NCBI GenBank assembly: GCA_964479855.1
Contig: CAYZPA010000011.1
Span: 15,406 to 79,405, forward strand
DNA length: 64,000 bases
Origin: an uncultured Pirellulaceae bacterium
GTDB taxonomy: Bacteria; Planctomycetota; Planctomycetia; Pirellulales; Pirellulaceae
Direction of reading: 5' to 3'
Notes under the pieces: generated by a model
What the model saw: the letters and a program-made list of their open reading frames with translations, nothing else
Databases searched by the model: none
What the model was told of the DNA's origin: nothing
Shown here: one piece after another, positions 1-10,071 of the stretch
Layout of the letters: each line of letters starts with the position of its first letter
Numbering within the stretch: the stretch's first letter is position 1
Program-made: the position numbers and the translations under genes

Positions 1-439
1 CACTGCCCATCAGCGGCCAGAGCTGAAGAAACACAATGATCAATCCAACTCCGCTCATAAATCCCGACACGACCGGATACGGAAAATAGCGGATGTACTT
101 CCCGATTCCCAAAAAGCCCAGCAGAACCTGAAAAATACCGCCCGCCAGAAAGCACATCAGCACGATGCCCAAGCCATCCTGAATATTTCCAGCCGCGTTG
201 ATCGCGAACAACACGATCGAAGCCGAGACCACTGTCATGGGACCGGTGGGCCCGGATGCTTGCGTTGGAGTGCCACCAAACATGGCTGCAAAAATCCCGA
301 CTGCAATGGCGCCGTAGAGCCCTGCCGCAGCCCCCAGTCCGGACTGCACGCCGAAAGCCAGCGCCAATGGCAGGGCAATGATTCCGGCAACCAACCCGCC
401 GCTGATGTCACCTTTAAGATTCTTGAAGTCGTAGCCCAT
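1..439 (-). CDS. SulP/SLC26-family anion (sulfate/bicarbonate) transporter, 5' part; runs off the window
   Basis: Not in the ORF track. Manual minus-strand translation from ATG at 439 gives MGYDFKNLKGDISGGLVAGIIALPLALAFGVQSGLGAAAGLYGAIAVGIFAAMFGGTPTQASGPTGPMTVV...YFPYPVVSGFMSGVG, which carries typical SulP motifs. Confidence 0.92.
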   Translation of the reverse strand, partial: MGYDFKNLKGDISGGLVAGIIALPLALAFGVQSGLGAAAGLYGAIAVGIFAAMFGGTPTQASGPTGPMTVVSASIVLFAINAAGNIQDGLGIVLMCFLAGGIFQVLLGFLGIGKYIRYFPYPVVSGFMSGVGLIIVFLQLWPLMGS

Positions 440-600
440 AAAATCCGTTCCGCATGTGAGTTACCCGCGCGACACAAAATGGACGCGATTGATTTTGCCG
501 AAGTGTATCTTCGAGAAAAATCCTATGGGTTGCAAGATCGTGCCGGGCTTGTCTGGCACGAACTGCGACTTGCCATATCTGCAAGACTCACGCGTCGTCT

Positions 601-2415
601 TTATTCATCAACGGTATTGCTACCCTGATCAATCAGACCGAGTGAAAACGCGTTTCCGAAGTACTGATTTCGAGTCAAGTAGTTCCCGGCAGTACTTGGC
701 GAAAAGTAGGCTCCGATGCCGTTGTTAAATGAGCTTTCGCTATCCTGAATCGCGTTTCTTTGAGAATTATCAAAAAGCACGCCAACATCACCGCTCCGGG
801 AAACAAAGTTTTGAGAGAAGAAAGAATCTTCGACACCGAAAGCGAGAATCCCGAACGTCGTATTTCCTTCCGCCGTGCAATTCACCACGCTGTTGAACTG
901 GGAGTTCACGAGCAAAAAGCCCATGCCCTGATTTTCAAACGATGAGTTATTCTGAAAACCGCTGCGGTCTCCGATGTAGAAAAAACCGGCACCAGCCTTG
1001 TTGCCCGTGGCATTGCAATTGCTGACAAATCCGCCATTGGAAAACAGTTCAAAGCCAGCACCTCCGCTGTCAGTCGCGTCGCAATTGTCAACGTAAAACC
1101 CTTCAACCTGATTTAGGAAAATACCACGTCCTTCGTTTGAGATCATATTCGTGTTTTGAATGACGACATCCCGGCAACCGATCATGCGAATGGCATCGCC
1201 AAAATTGCCGACAAAGTCACAATTCTGAATTTCCAAACCGCCAGCTTGCGGAAATGCCTCAACCCCTGCGGCCCCCCGAGAGATTGCCAAGTCTGAAATT
1301 CTAATCGAGTCTGCGTCCGCCTGAATGACGGGCTGGTCGCCGCGTGCCCCCATCAACCGGGCATTGCCACGGCCTCGCAGTGTAACCAGGGGTTTATTCA
1401 GGTACAGATTTGCAAACCAGTCAGCAGACCCCAACAGGATCGTGTCCCCTGGATTGCACGCTGCGAAAGCGGCTCCTGCGTTGGGGTATTGCTCAGGAAC
1501 CAAACGTTCTTGCGGCACCGTAATCTTGAAATCATCAAAAAACACGACCTCATCTTTGCTTGATCTCCATTCGTCTCCGCCACCGAAAAATGTGCTAAAG
1601 AAAAAGCGATCGACTTTTAGATCCGGAATGTTACGAAACTGAATGTCGTTCTGCGCAAGCACCAAACGTCCGTCCAGCCAGATCTGCAAGATTCCGTCGC
1701 GAACGCCGGGAGTATTGAGCTTTATTCTCTGCTGGATCGTGTACCAAACATCAGCTTGTAGCGTCGTGTCGCTACCATCGCGGTTGAACCAAAACTCTGT
1801 ATCTTCCTGTCGACCATCACGATCAAAACCTGAGTTAACATGCTTGGCGTAAGAAATCGCCTGCGTTGTGGACTGTTCGGGCTCCCCGGAAACGCCGGTA
1901 AAATTTGTTCGCCACATCATTCGTCCGCTCCAACCGCGAACTCCATCCGCCGGAGCGCTACCACTTGGAGCAGAACCACCAGCCAGACCTGGCAATTTTC
2001 CACCGCGCACGAAATCAAAACCCGCACCGAATTTCACTCGATAAGTTAAAAAGGCTTCTTCGACATCCGTGTCAAATTCGACCAGCCATTGAGCACCACC
2101 CTCGCGCGGGCCTGTACCATTGGCGGGATACTCGACTCGTAACGAAGCGCCAGTTCCACCAAAGGCCTGATCTCCGGTTACCAGTTTCACGCGACCTTCG
2201 TCGACACCATTGGTAAATCTCAGCTCTCCAAAGTCTCTCTCAATGTCGATCTCAGAATAGGTTGATAACTGCGAGCCAAACCCCACATCGTCAAAATTCA
2301 CATCTAACAGTGTTTGAGCGACTGAAGTGGAAACAGGAGTAACGATTAGAAATAGAATCCCAAGAACGCTGCAATTGAATATCGATTTCGTTACTGGAAT
2401 TTGAAAGAACGTCAT
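601..2415 (-). CDS. Secreted polysaccharide lyase (PL14-like) fused to a right-handed parallel beta-helix domain
   Basis: Signal-peptide-like N-terminus from MTFFQ (ATG 2415; the ORF-track ATG at 2493 lies inside the MITE TIR). Motifs FDFVRGGKLPGLAGG, SGRMMWR and FFFSTFFGG; C-terminal Asn/Gly-rich PbH1-like repeats. Confidence 0.75.
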   Translation of the reverse strand: MTFFQIPVTKSIFNCSVLGILFLIVTPVSTSVAQTLLDVNFDDVGFGSQLSTYSEIDIERDFGELRFTNGVDEGRVKLVTGDQAFGGTGASLRVEYPANGTGPREGGAQWLVEFDTDVEEAFLTYRVKFGAGFDFVRGGKLPGLAGGSAPSGSAPADGVRGWSGRMMWRTNFTGVSGEPEQSTTQAISYAKHVNSGFDRDGRQEDTEFWFNRDGSDTTLQADVWYTIQQRIKLNTPGVRDGILQIWLDGRLVLAQNDIQFRNIPDLKVDRFFFSTFFGGGDEWRSSKDEVVFFDDFKITVPQERLVPEQYPNAGAAFAACNPGDTILLGSADWFANLYLNKPLVTLRGRGNARLMGARGDQPVIQADADSIRISDLAISRGAAGVEAFPQAGGLEIQNCDFVGNFGDAIRMIGCRDVVIQNTNMISNEGRGIFLNQVEGFYVDNCDATDSGGAGFELFSNGGFVSNCNATGNKAGAGFFYIGDRSGFQNNSSFENQGMGFLLVNSQFNSVVNCTAEGNTTFGILAFGVEDSFFSQNFVSRSGDVGVLFDNSQRNAIQDSESSFNNGIGAYFSPSTAGNYLTRNQYFGNAFSLGLIDQGSNTVDE

Positions 2416-2486
2416 GGTTTTTACTTTGCAATCAACTTGTGGATTTTCATACGGAACGTTGTGGATTTTTGACTGGACGAATTGAA

Positions 2487-2673
2487 CCCGCATTATTCAC
2501 GACGCGTGGGCGTCGACATGTAGAAAGCTTGTTTCATTGGGGCAATGTTCCGGGTTTGCGGTTTCGAAAGGTCACTTACGGCGTGAAATTGCCGAATTTG
2601 CAAAACTTGCCTCCGCGTCCGGAGAATCGCTTCGAAGGGCAAACCAGACGCCTGCCGTCGTGAATAATTCCGG
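2487..2673 (-). mobile_element. MITE copy 1 (187 bp)
   Basis: TIRs CCCGCATTATTCACG (2487-2501) and CGTGAATAATTCCGG (2659-2673). 5-bp direct repeat TTGAA at 2482-2486 and 2674-2678. Interior is homologous (reverse orientation) to 35223-35409 and 62801-62986. Confidence 0.92.
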
Positions 2674-3180
2674 TTGAACAACCAAGGATGCTCTCCATGG
2701 TGATTCGTCGGCAAAAAACCAGAATTTGATTCGGGACCCATAGTAATTGGAGATCCAACTGCTGCATTGCAAATTGGAATATTTGTCAGACAAAGCACAC
2801 AATTGTTGTTTTAGTAGAACTGCTGAACCGCGATCCGCGTCGAGCATTTGAGGCAAATGAGCCGATACCGCTGTTAGGCTACCCGCTTCAGAAGCCTGAA
2901 TCTCGGCAAAACGCATCTGACGTTGATCACTGTGAACGAGGGCCGCATCACTTTCGGGTCTGATACGGATTTAAGGTTTGCAATCTTCACTATTTCTGTG
3001 GGTGCCATGCTTCACGCCAACTGGAAAATCGACCTTAGGCGCTTAGGCAACGGCAAGGCGAAAACGCTACTCGTCAATATGAGCTGCTGGACGTTTGGCC
3101 TCGGGTGCGTCGCAGCCACCTTTTCTCTCGCGATTGATCAACCAATTCTCAGCAATCCAACTCGGCAAACCCGAACCCCA

Positions 3181-3286
3181 ACCCGGCCGCTTACGCGACT
3201 CGGATCACTGGGACACGATCGCTCAGCGGCAATGCGAAAAGGCAAGTCAAATGCTGCTCGATCGAACTCTGGCGAGTCCTATCACG
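3181..3286. repeat. Two degenerate REP-like half repeats
   Basis: 3181-3208 matches 55253-55280 at 24/28. 3264-3279 GAACTCTGGCGAGTCC matches 55221-55236 at 15/16. Confidence 0.6.
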
Positions 3287-3402
3287 TGTGCTGCTGACTG
3301 ACAAACCAGACCGAATTCGCATTCGACATCACAACTCGGCCAACAGCCTATAATGACCTGAGCTCCCCCACGTCTGCCGATTCTGCCAAAGGAACGACCG
3401 AA

Positions 3403-4128
3403 ATGAATCCGCTACAGCATCTTATGCCTGTTTACGATCTACCGATTGAAGAACGGATAGCGGAGTTTGAAAAACCGCCAACCGATGAACAGTTGGGCAC
3501 ACTGCTTGGCTACGGTCTAATGGGCAGTTCAGGAACGTCGATCAAAGACGATGGCGATTGCGTACGAGTCGTACCAGAGCTTATTCCCATCCGAGGCGTC
3601 ACCATCTGGATGTATTTCGTGCTCACCCTGATAGCTGTTGCATTCTTTTTCGTGCAACCACAAATTGGGCCAAAGATGTTTCGATTCATTCCGTGGTTAA
3701 TGCTGTTACTTGGAGGCCTGTTCGTCATTCCCACAATGATCAGCATGTTTTCATGGATCAATGAGCGAACTGGAAAGGAACCGTATCTTGTTTTCGACAA
3801 ATCGACTCAAGTGCTGAGTTTGCCGAGGTTGCAGAGAACGCTGTCTCAGCGACAACTCATTGAAATCGTGTTCCTCGATCGCTACCACAAAAAACATCGT
3901 TGCTGGCAGGTCGCCTTATTGGCTCAGGAGGATGAAAAATGGGTCTATTTGCAACTCTTTAATGAGGCCGGGACGGGCACTGGAATGGCGTGTTTCGGTG
4001 TCTCTGAGCTTTACGAGAAAATCGCAAACGAACTCGGCATCAATGCTCGCAGGTTGAAATTCTCAATCAGGAAAAGTGAATTGTTAACGCAAGCTCCAGA
4101 GCCCCATGACAGCAACGCGTCCTCTTGA
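3403..4128 (+). CDS. Hypothetical membrane protein (2 predicted TM helices)
   Basis: 241-aa ORF with AAGGA upstream of the ATG and two hydrophobic segments. Confidence 0.75.
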   Translation: MNPLQHLMPVYDLPIEERIAEFEKPPTDEQLGTLLGYGLMGSSGTSIKDDGDCVRVVPELIPIRGVTIWMYFVLTLIAVAFFFVQPQIGPKMFRFIPWLMLLLGGLFVIPTMISMFSWINERTGKEPYLVFDKSTQVLSLPRLQRTLSQRQLIEIVFLDRYHKKHRCWQVALLAQEDEKWVYLQLFNEAGTGTGMACFGVSELYEKIANELGINARRLKFSIRKSELLTQAPEPHDSNASS

Positions 4129-4384
4129 ATCAATTGATCGGACATGCATGGCTGGCTTCCGCTTTTTGAAGTCAGCATTGATGCCTTGGCTTACTGCGAC
4201 TCCTCTACTGACCGGATAACGATTGCGATTTATCGATGTGCCAAGAGGACACGTGGCCATGTTCGAAATTTTGCTTTTTGCTTGGCACACGGATAGATCG
4301 TGCGTTGAACTCTGTCACCAGATGCGACTTCTTCAAGCATTGTCGTAAGCAACTTCAAAAACGGTTGCCAGCCAATACGACAAA

Positions 4385-7123
4385 TCAAACAGCTGCCGGT
4401 TCAGCGATTTTCTCAACTCGAACCGCGCAGACCTTGTACTCACCAGTGCCCGTCACCGCGTCGCCGGCATCATTGGTCAAAAGATTCGCTCGCTGTTCGG
4501 CAAAGTGCATTGGCATCCAAACGCAACCGCGACGCACGCGTGGCGAAATCCATGCTTCGGCCTGAATCACACCGCGACGAGACGCAACCTGAATCGTCTC
4601 ACCATGTTCAATACCCAGCCGCTTGGCGTCACCGCGACTGATCTCAAGGAAATTGGACCTCTGTTTCGCAACCGGTCCCGGATCCCGCCGAGTCTGCGTG
4701 GCACTGTTATAGTGATAAAGCGTTCGTCCGGTCGAAAGCACCAGCGGGTAATCGTTATCAGGCAGTTCCGCACTTGGGCGGTAGTCGACGACCTGAAACG
4801 GAGCCGTTCCAATCAACGGGCCGTCCATGTGTAAAGTCGGCGTTCCCGGATGATTTTCGTCAGGACAAGGCCACTGCAACCCCTGAACGTTTTCGTCGAG
4901 CCGCTCGTAGGAGATTCCCGCAATCTTTGGCGTCAGAGAAGCGTATTCTGCAAAAATCTCTTTCGTGCTGGGATAGTGCGGCATCGGATAACCAGCTTCA
5001 CGTGCGACGTCGCAGATAATCTGCCAGTCGGGTCGAGCATTCCCTGGTGGATCAACCGCTTTTCGGACTCGCTGGACACGTCGATCACTGTTGGTGAAGA
5101 CGCCGTCTTTCTCAGCGAAGCAAGCTCCTGGCAAAATCACGTCGGCAAATCGAGTCGTCTCGTTGTGGAAGATTTCCTGGCACACCACAAACTCACACTG
5201 GTTCAAGCCCTTTTCGACTTTGGAAACGTTGGGCTCGGAGATCACGATATCTTCGCCCATCACATAGACGGCTTTCATTTTGCCCGCTGCCATCTCCTTC
5301 ATCATGACGTTCAGGTTCAAACCGTCGTGAGGCGAGAGCGGGACGTCCCATGCTGCTTCAAATTTCTGTCGCACCGAATCGTCGGTCACATTTTGGTAAC
5401 CCGGATAGTAGATCGGTGTCGCTCCGGCGTCGTTGGCACCTTGAACATTGTTCTGCCCTCGCAGCGGATTCATTCCAGCGGCTCGAACCCCAAGATGCCC
5501 TGTCATCAACACCAGATTGGCAAGACAGTAAACATTATCCGTACCATGCGTGTGTTCGGTGATTCCAAGCGTGTAATAAATGCCCGCATGTTTGGTCGTC
5601 GCATACCACCGAGCCGCAGTGCGAATGTCTTCGGCAGGAACACCCGTAACTTCTTCGGCTTTTTCGGGCGTGTAGTCAGCGACCTTTGCCATGACGGCAT
5701 CAAATCCGCTGGTGTGCTTATCAATAAAGGCCTGGTCGTGCAAACCTTCGGTAACGATCACGTTCGCCATGGCCTGCAGTAACCACACATCGGTTCCAGG
5801 CCTGAGCTGCATATGAATGTCGGCCATATCGGCGAGCCAAATTTTCCGCGGGTCGGCAACGACGAGTTTTGCTCCACGCTGCCGAGCTCGTTTCATCTCC
5901 ATCGCGATGATGGGATGAGCTTCGGTTGTGTTAGAACCGATTACAAACATCATTTCACTGTCGCGAATCTCATCGATCGCGTTAGTCATCGCACCCGCAC
6001 CAAACATAGTCACCAGACCGGCGACGGTAGGAGCATGTCATGTCGCGGCACACTGGTGAATGTTATTCGTCCCAAATGCGGCTCGTGAAAGCTTTTGCAT
6101 CAAGTAATTTTCTTCGCCGGTGCACCGTGACGAAGAGATGAACCCTAAAGCATCAGCGCCGTATTTTTCTTTGACACGCAGCAAGCCGCTTGCTGTCGCC
6201 GCAATCGCTTCCTCCCACGTCGCCGGTTGAAGCACACCGTTCCCGTCGCGAATCAATGGCTCGGTAATACGGTCCTCGTGATGAACAAAGTCGTACGCAA
6301 AACGACCTTTCACGCACAAGTTTCCATCGTTGAGCGTCTCGCCGGGTTCAGGGCTGGTAACTTTCACGATCCGAGCATTGCTGACGTGCAAATCTAACTG
6401 ACAACCAACGCCGCAGAAGTTGCAGGTCGAGCGTACTTTTTCGCTGCCAAGCTGAACAAGATTTTTGGGAGCTTTCTTTTCGATCAAAGCACCAGTCGGG
6501 CACGTATCAATACAGCCGCCACAGAGTTCGCAAGTGGTGTCGATCAGGCTGCGTTGTCCCGCCGTCGCGATGGTCGTTTCGCTGCCTCGTCCCGAAAGCG
6601 TGATCGCATTGACGGCTTCGACTTCATCGCAATATCGAGTGCATCTGGCGCACAGAATGCACAGGTCCGGATTGAATTCGATATAAGGGTTGTCATCGCC
6701 CGGGCGTGCAGCTCGCGGCGCCTCTACTGGATCCAAATCAATGGGTTCGATGGTCTCGCAAAGTTTCCGCAACTGATTCGCATTCGCCGTTTCGACGGGA
6801 AGGCCTGACTCATCAAGTTCATGATCCGACATGTACATGCTGTAGAGTACTTTTCGGTGACGGTCGATCTTTTCAGATTCTGTCGTTACAACCATGCCAG
6901 GATTCACTTTCCAAGCGCAACCGGGTTGCATGCGGCGCTGGCCTTCGACTTCGACCAGACAAACACGACATGCTCCGGCAGGTTCGAGTCGCGGATCATG
7001 ACAGAGCGTCGGAACATTTACGCCGGCACGCTGAGCCACTTCGACAACGGTTTCATCGCGGTACGCAACGCATTCGACACCGTTGATTTGAATCGTAAAT
7101 TTTTCGTTGTTAGTCGCGTTCAT
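4385..7123 (-). CDS. fdhF: Selenocysteine-containing formate dehydrogenase alpha subunit (Mo/W-bisPGD), about 912 aa
   Basis: ORFs 6038..7123 and 4385..6013 are in the same frame, separated only by TGA at 6040-6038 (IHQCAAT-U-HAPTVAGL). N-terminal 2Fe-2S and 4Fe-4S motifs (CILCARCTRYC, CELCGGCIDTCP, CNFCGVGC...LCVKGRF); LRGQNNVQG; C-terminal molydop-binding domain ending EYKVCAVRVEK. Confidence 0.93.
6009..6040 (-). promoter_or_regulatory. Sec UGA codon plus bacterial SECIS hairpin
   Basis: mRNA reads UGA CAUGCUCCUACC GUCGCC-GGUCU-GGUGAC: a 6-bp stem with a GGUCU loop starting 18 nt after the UGA, similar to the E. coli fdhF SECIS apex. Confidence 0.85.
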
Positions 7124-7195
7124 AGTTATCTCGTGATTGTGACTTGTCCCAAAACTGCAACTTCCAGCACCAGAATCATTCTGCTTAACCGTCTG

Positions 7196-8716
7196 TCACA
7201 CTTTTTTGGCGAACGATTCAGGAAAATACTTCCTTGCGGATTCCAGAGGCTTTGCAGCCACCATTCCCAGTCCGCAAATCGACCCTTCTTCCATTTCCCA
7301 ACCGACATCCTCAGCATGATCAAACGCCGATGTTTCACCGATCTGGATGAACTTATTGGTTTGCCGCAACAAATAGCGAGTTCCAATTCGACACGGAGCG
7401 CACTGACCGCAGCTTTCGCGTCCGAAAAAATCTAGCTGCCATTTCGCCGCCATGGCCATGTCAATCGTGTCGTTGATGACGACGACTCCAGCACTTCCCA
7501 TCATGGAGCCAACATCCGCAAGATGCTTGTAGTCCAAAGGCAAATCGCGTTGTGAGATCGGCAAGAATCCACTCGATGCTCCACCCGGAGAAAACGCGAT
7601 CGGATTTCCAAGATAGCCACCCGCCGCTTCCACAAGCTCATCCAATGTGACGCCAAGCGGCAGCTCGAATACTCCCGGCTTGTTCACGTGGCCAGAAATG
7701 CAGTAAAGCTTCGAACCGGCTTCGGTCTTACCAAGCGACTTGAACCATTCGCCGCCTCGATGAATGATCGAAGGAACGCAAGCGATGGTTTCGACGTTAT
7801 GAATCAGGGAAGGCTTGCCGCGAAAGCCGGCTTCGGTCGGGTAGGGCGGTTTCAGTCGCGGCATTCCGCGTCGACCTTCCATCGACTCGAGCATCGCGGT
7901 CTCTTCGCCACAAATGTACGCGCCATGCCCTTTGACAATTTCGATTTCGAAATCAGCCAACTGGTGGTCCTTGGCCTCATCAATCGCTCTTTCAAGAGCA
8001 CGGTATTCGTTCGTGTACTCGCCGCGAATGTAGATGTAAATGAACTTCGTTTCGATCGCTGCGGCGGCAATCGCGAGGCCTTCCAATATCTTGTGAGCCT
8101 GCCGAAGAATCGTTTCACGGTCCTTAAACGTTCCGGGTTCCGCTTCGTCCGCATTGCAGATCACGTAACGCTCGGTCTCGCTTTGTCCGCAAACCGACGT
8201 CCATTTAAAATGTGCCGGAAAACCAGCTCCACCGCGCCCTTGCAGCCCAGCCGTTTTCAACTGTTCAATGACTGCGGCAGCTCCCATCTCTTTCGCCTTC
8301 GCCAGAGCGGAGTAACTTAAGTCGACTGGTCCGGCTAGGTTCAGAGCAAGATCATCGCTCGGAGGCGAGATTGAAGTTTCGACTTCAGCATAGGTCACTA
8401 GTTCCATTTCTTCGTCAAGCGTTGCTGGTGCAAGGTCGCATTGCCCAAGGCAGCTGACTCGCTCGCATTCTCTGCCCTGCGATTTGATTTGATCTGCAAT
8501 CGCATCGGCGTTTGCCATCTGGCACGAGAGACCGTCGCAAACTCGAACCCGCTTACCCGGCTTATCGATAAGCGTATAGAACATTCCCGCACCCCAAATG
8601 TCGGCTTCGGGAATGCCGGTCAGGGCGTGGACTTTCCGAACAGAATCTTCCGTCACACCGCCTTCGTGCTCGAGCAGTTCCAGAATTTTCTCACGTTGAG
8701 CGTTTGGGGGTTGCAC
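7196..8716 (-). CDS. NuoE/NuoF-like fused diaphorase subunit (NAD-dependent FDH gamma+beta)
   Basis: N-terminal 2Fe-2S CDGLSC...CLGQC. FMN/NADH motifs GLQGRGGAGF, CNADEAEPGTFKDR, GAYICGEETA. 4Fe-4S ESCGQCAPC...ICGLG. Lies directly upstream of the FDH alpha gene. Confidence 0.9.
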   Translation of the reverse strand: MQPPNAQREKILELLEHEGGVTEDSVRKVHALTGIPEADIWGAGMFYTLIDKPGKRVRVCDGLSCQMANADAIADQIKSQGRECERVSCLGQCDLAPATLDEEMELVTYAEVETSISPPSDDLALNLAGPVDLSYSALAKAKEMGAAAVIEQLKTAGLQGRGGAGFPAHFKWTSVCGQSETERYVICNADEAEPGTFKDRETILRQAHKILEGLAIAAAAIETKFIYIYIRGEYTNEYRALERAIDEAKDHQLADFEIEIVKGHGAYICGEETAMLESMEGRRGMPRLKPPYPTEAGFRGKPSLIHNVETIACVPSIIHRGGEWFKSLGKTEAGSKLYCISGHVNKPGVFELPLGVTLDELVEAAGGYLGNPIAFSPGGASSGFLPISQRDLPLDYKHLADVGSMMGSAGVVVINDTIDMAMAAKWQLDFFGRESCGQCAPCRIGTRYLLRQTNKFIQIGETSAFDHAEDVGWEMEEGSICGLGMVAAKPLESARKYFPESFAKKV

Positions 8717-8824
8717 CAGAGTTTTCCTACTGTCGAATCGTGGTTTTAGTTACTCAACTTTCCGTTGTTACCATTGTAGCACGGTCCCCTTTTTGTTCCT
8801 GCGCAAGTTTTAGTTGTGACCGCA

Positions 8825-9958
8825 ATGACCGATTGTATTGCCAGATTTGATCGAATTGTTCTTAAGATTGGGTCGTCGCTACTGGTAGACCCCGAATTTG
8901 GGCTACGAAAGAGTTGGTTGGACAGTCTGTTGGCCGATGTTGCCAAACTGGCCGAACAAGGAAAAGAAATCCTGATTGTCTCCTCTGGTGCTATCGCGTT
9001 GGGCCGACGCGAGCTGAAAAACAAAGACATTTCGATCCGCGACGGTTTTTTGAAGCTTGAAGAAAGCCAAGCCGCCGCTGCCATCGGGCAAATTGCGTTA
9101 TCACGTGTCTTCAGCGAGTCGCTCAAGTCACACGGGTTAATCGCGGCACAAATTCTCGTAACAATCGGTGACACCGAGGAACGACGTCGCTACCTGAATG
9201 CTCGCAACACAGTAGCGACGGCTCTGCGATGGAAAACCATTCCGATTATCAATGAAAACGACTCCGTCGCGACGACCGAGATTCGATACGGCGACAACGA
9301 CCGCCTTGCGGCTCGTGTGGCGACGATGAGCCGTTCCGATCTGTTGATCCTCTTTTCTGACATCGATGGACTTTACGATTCGCCTCCGGATCAAAACCCA
9401 AACGCGACCTTGATTCCTCGAGTCACGTCGATCGACGATCGTATCGAATCGATGGCAGGCGATGCCGCGTCAGTCCACTCTCGAGGCGGCATGAAAACGA
9501 AAATCGAAGCCGCCAAAATCGCGACGGCTGCAGGCACCACCATGGTGATCGCCACCGGAAAACCGGAACATCCTTTGGCTCTGCTTAATGAGACAGGGAA
9601 GGGCACCTGGTTTGATCCCAACCCGGGATCGATCAGCGAACGCAAGAAATGGATCGCTGGCGGGCTTGGAATCAGCGGACACATCACAATCGATGCAGGA
9701 GCACTCATGGCGCTCGAAGGTGGCAACAGTTTGCTGCCGGCCGGCGTCATGCGAATCGAAGGAAAATTCAATCGCGGCGATACGGTGATGCTGCACGGTC
9801 CAAACGGTCATCCTGTCGCGAGAGGCTTGGCGGAATACGATAGCGAGGATGCTCGCGACATCATCGGCTTGAAAAGCGCTGAGATTTCTGAGCGTCTCGG
9901 CCCGGCAGCCAGAAGCTCGCTCGTCCATCGCGACAACCTGGTTATGGAACAGCAATAA
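8825..9958 (+). CDS. proB: Glutamate 5-kinase with PUA domain
   Basis: [50 protein letters not shown]-terminal PUA domain ending LVHRDNLV. Confidence 0.96.
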   Translation: MTDCIARFDRIVLKIGSSLLVDPEFGLRKSWLDSLLADVAKLAEQGKEILIVSSGAIALGRRELKNKDISIRDGFLKLEESQAAAAIGQIALSRVFSESLKSHGLIAAQILVTIGDTEERRRYLNARNTVATALRWKTIPIINENDSVATTEIRYGDNDRLAARVATMSRSDLLILFSDIDGLYDSPPDQNPNATLIPRVTSIDDRIESMAGDAASVHSRGGMKTKIEAAKIATAAGTTMVIATGKPEHPLALLNETGKGTWFDPNPGSISERKKWIAGGLGISGHITIDAGALMALEGGNSLLPAGVMRIEGKFNRGDTVMLHGPNGHPVARGLAEYDSEDARDIIGLKSAEISERLGPAARSSLVHRDNLVMEQQ

Positions 9959-10071
9959 TTCCCGAATTGGAATCAGTCTCGAGGATTCGTTTTTTCCCAA
10001 GATGTGTTTTGGAGTTTCGAACAAGAGTGATCGAGTGACAAGGACGATCTTGCCAATAAGGACTTGCTTTC

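Noticed and set aside
530-546. Sigma-54-like motif upstream of the SulP gene (minus strand CGGCACGATCTTGCA)
   Set aside because: The GG-to-GC spacing is 9 nt rather than the required 10.
2493-2798. Similar short ORFs 2493..2798, 35110..35403, 35201..35455, 36293..36478 and 62776..62967 (RNYSRRQASGLPFE / ANQTPV..NNSG)
   Set aside because: They are translations of the MITE. The frame is broken by an indel in copy 3 and the starts lie in unrelated flanking DNA.
2923-3297. 124-aa ORF in the lyase upstream region
   Set aside because: It has a TTG start, runs through REP-like repeats and shows no motif; probably non-coding.
4385-6013. A separate 542-aa FDH gene or an FDH pseudogene
   Set aside because: It is in frame with the upstream ORF across a UGA at the Sec position with a SECIS hairpin, so it is treated as one gene.
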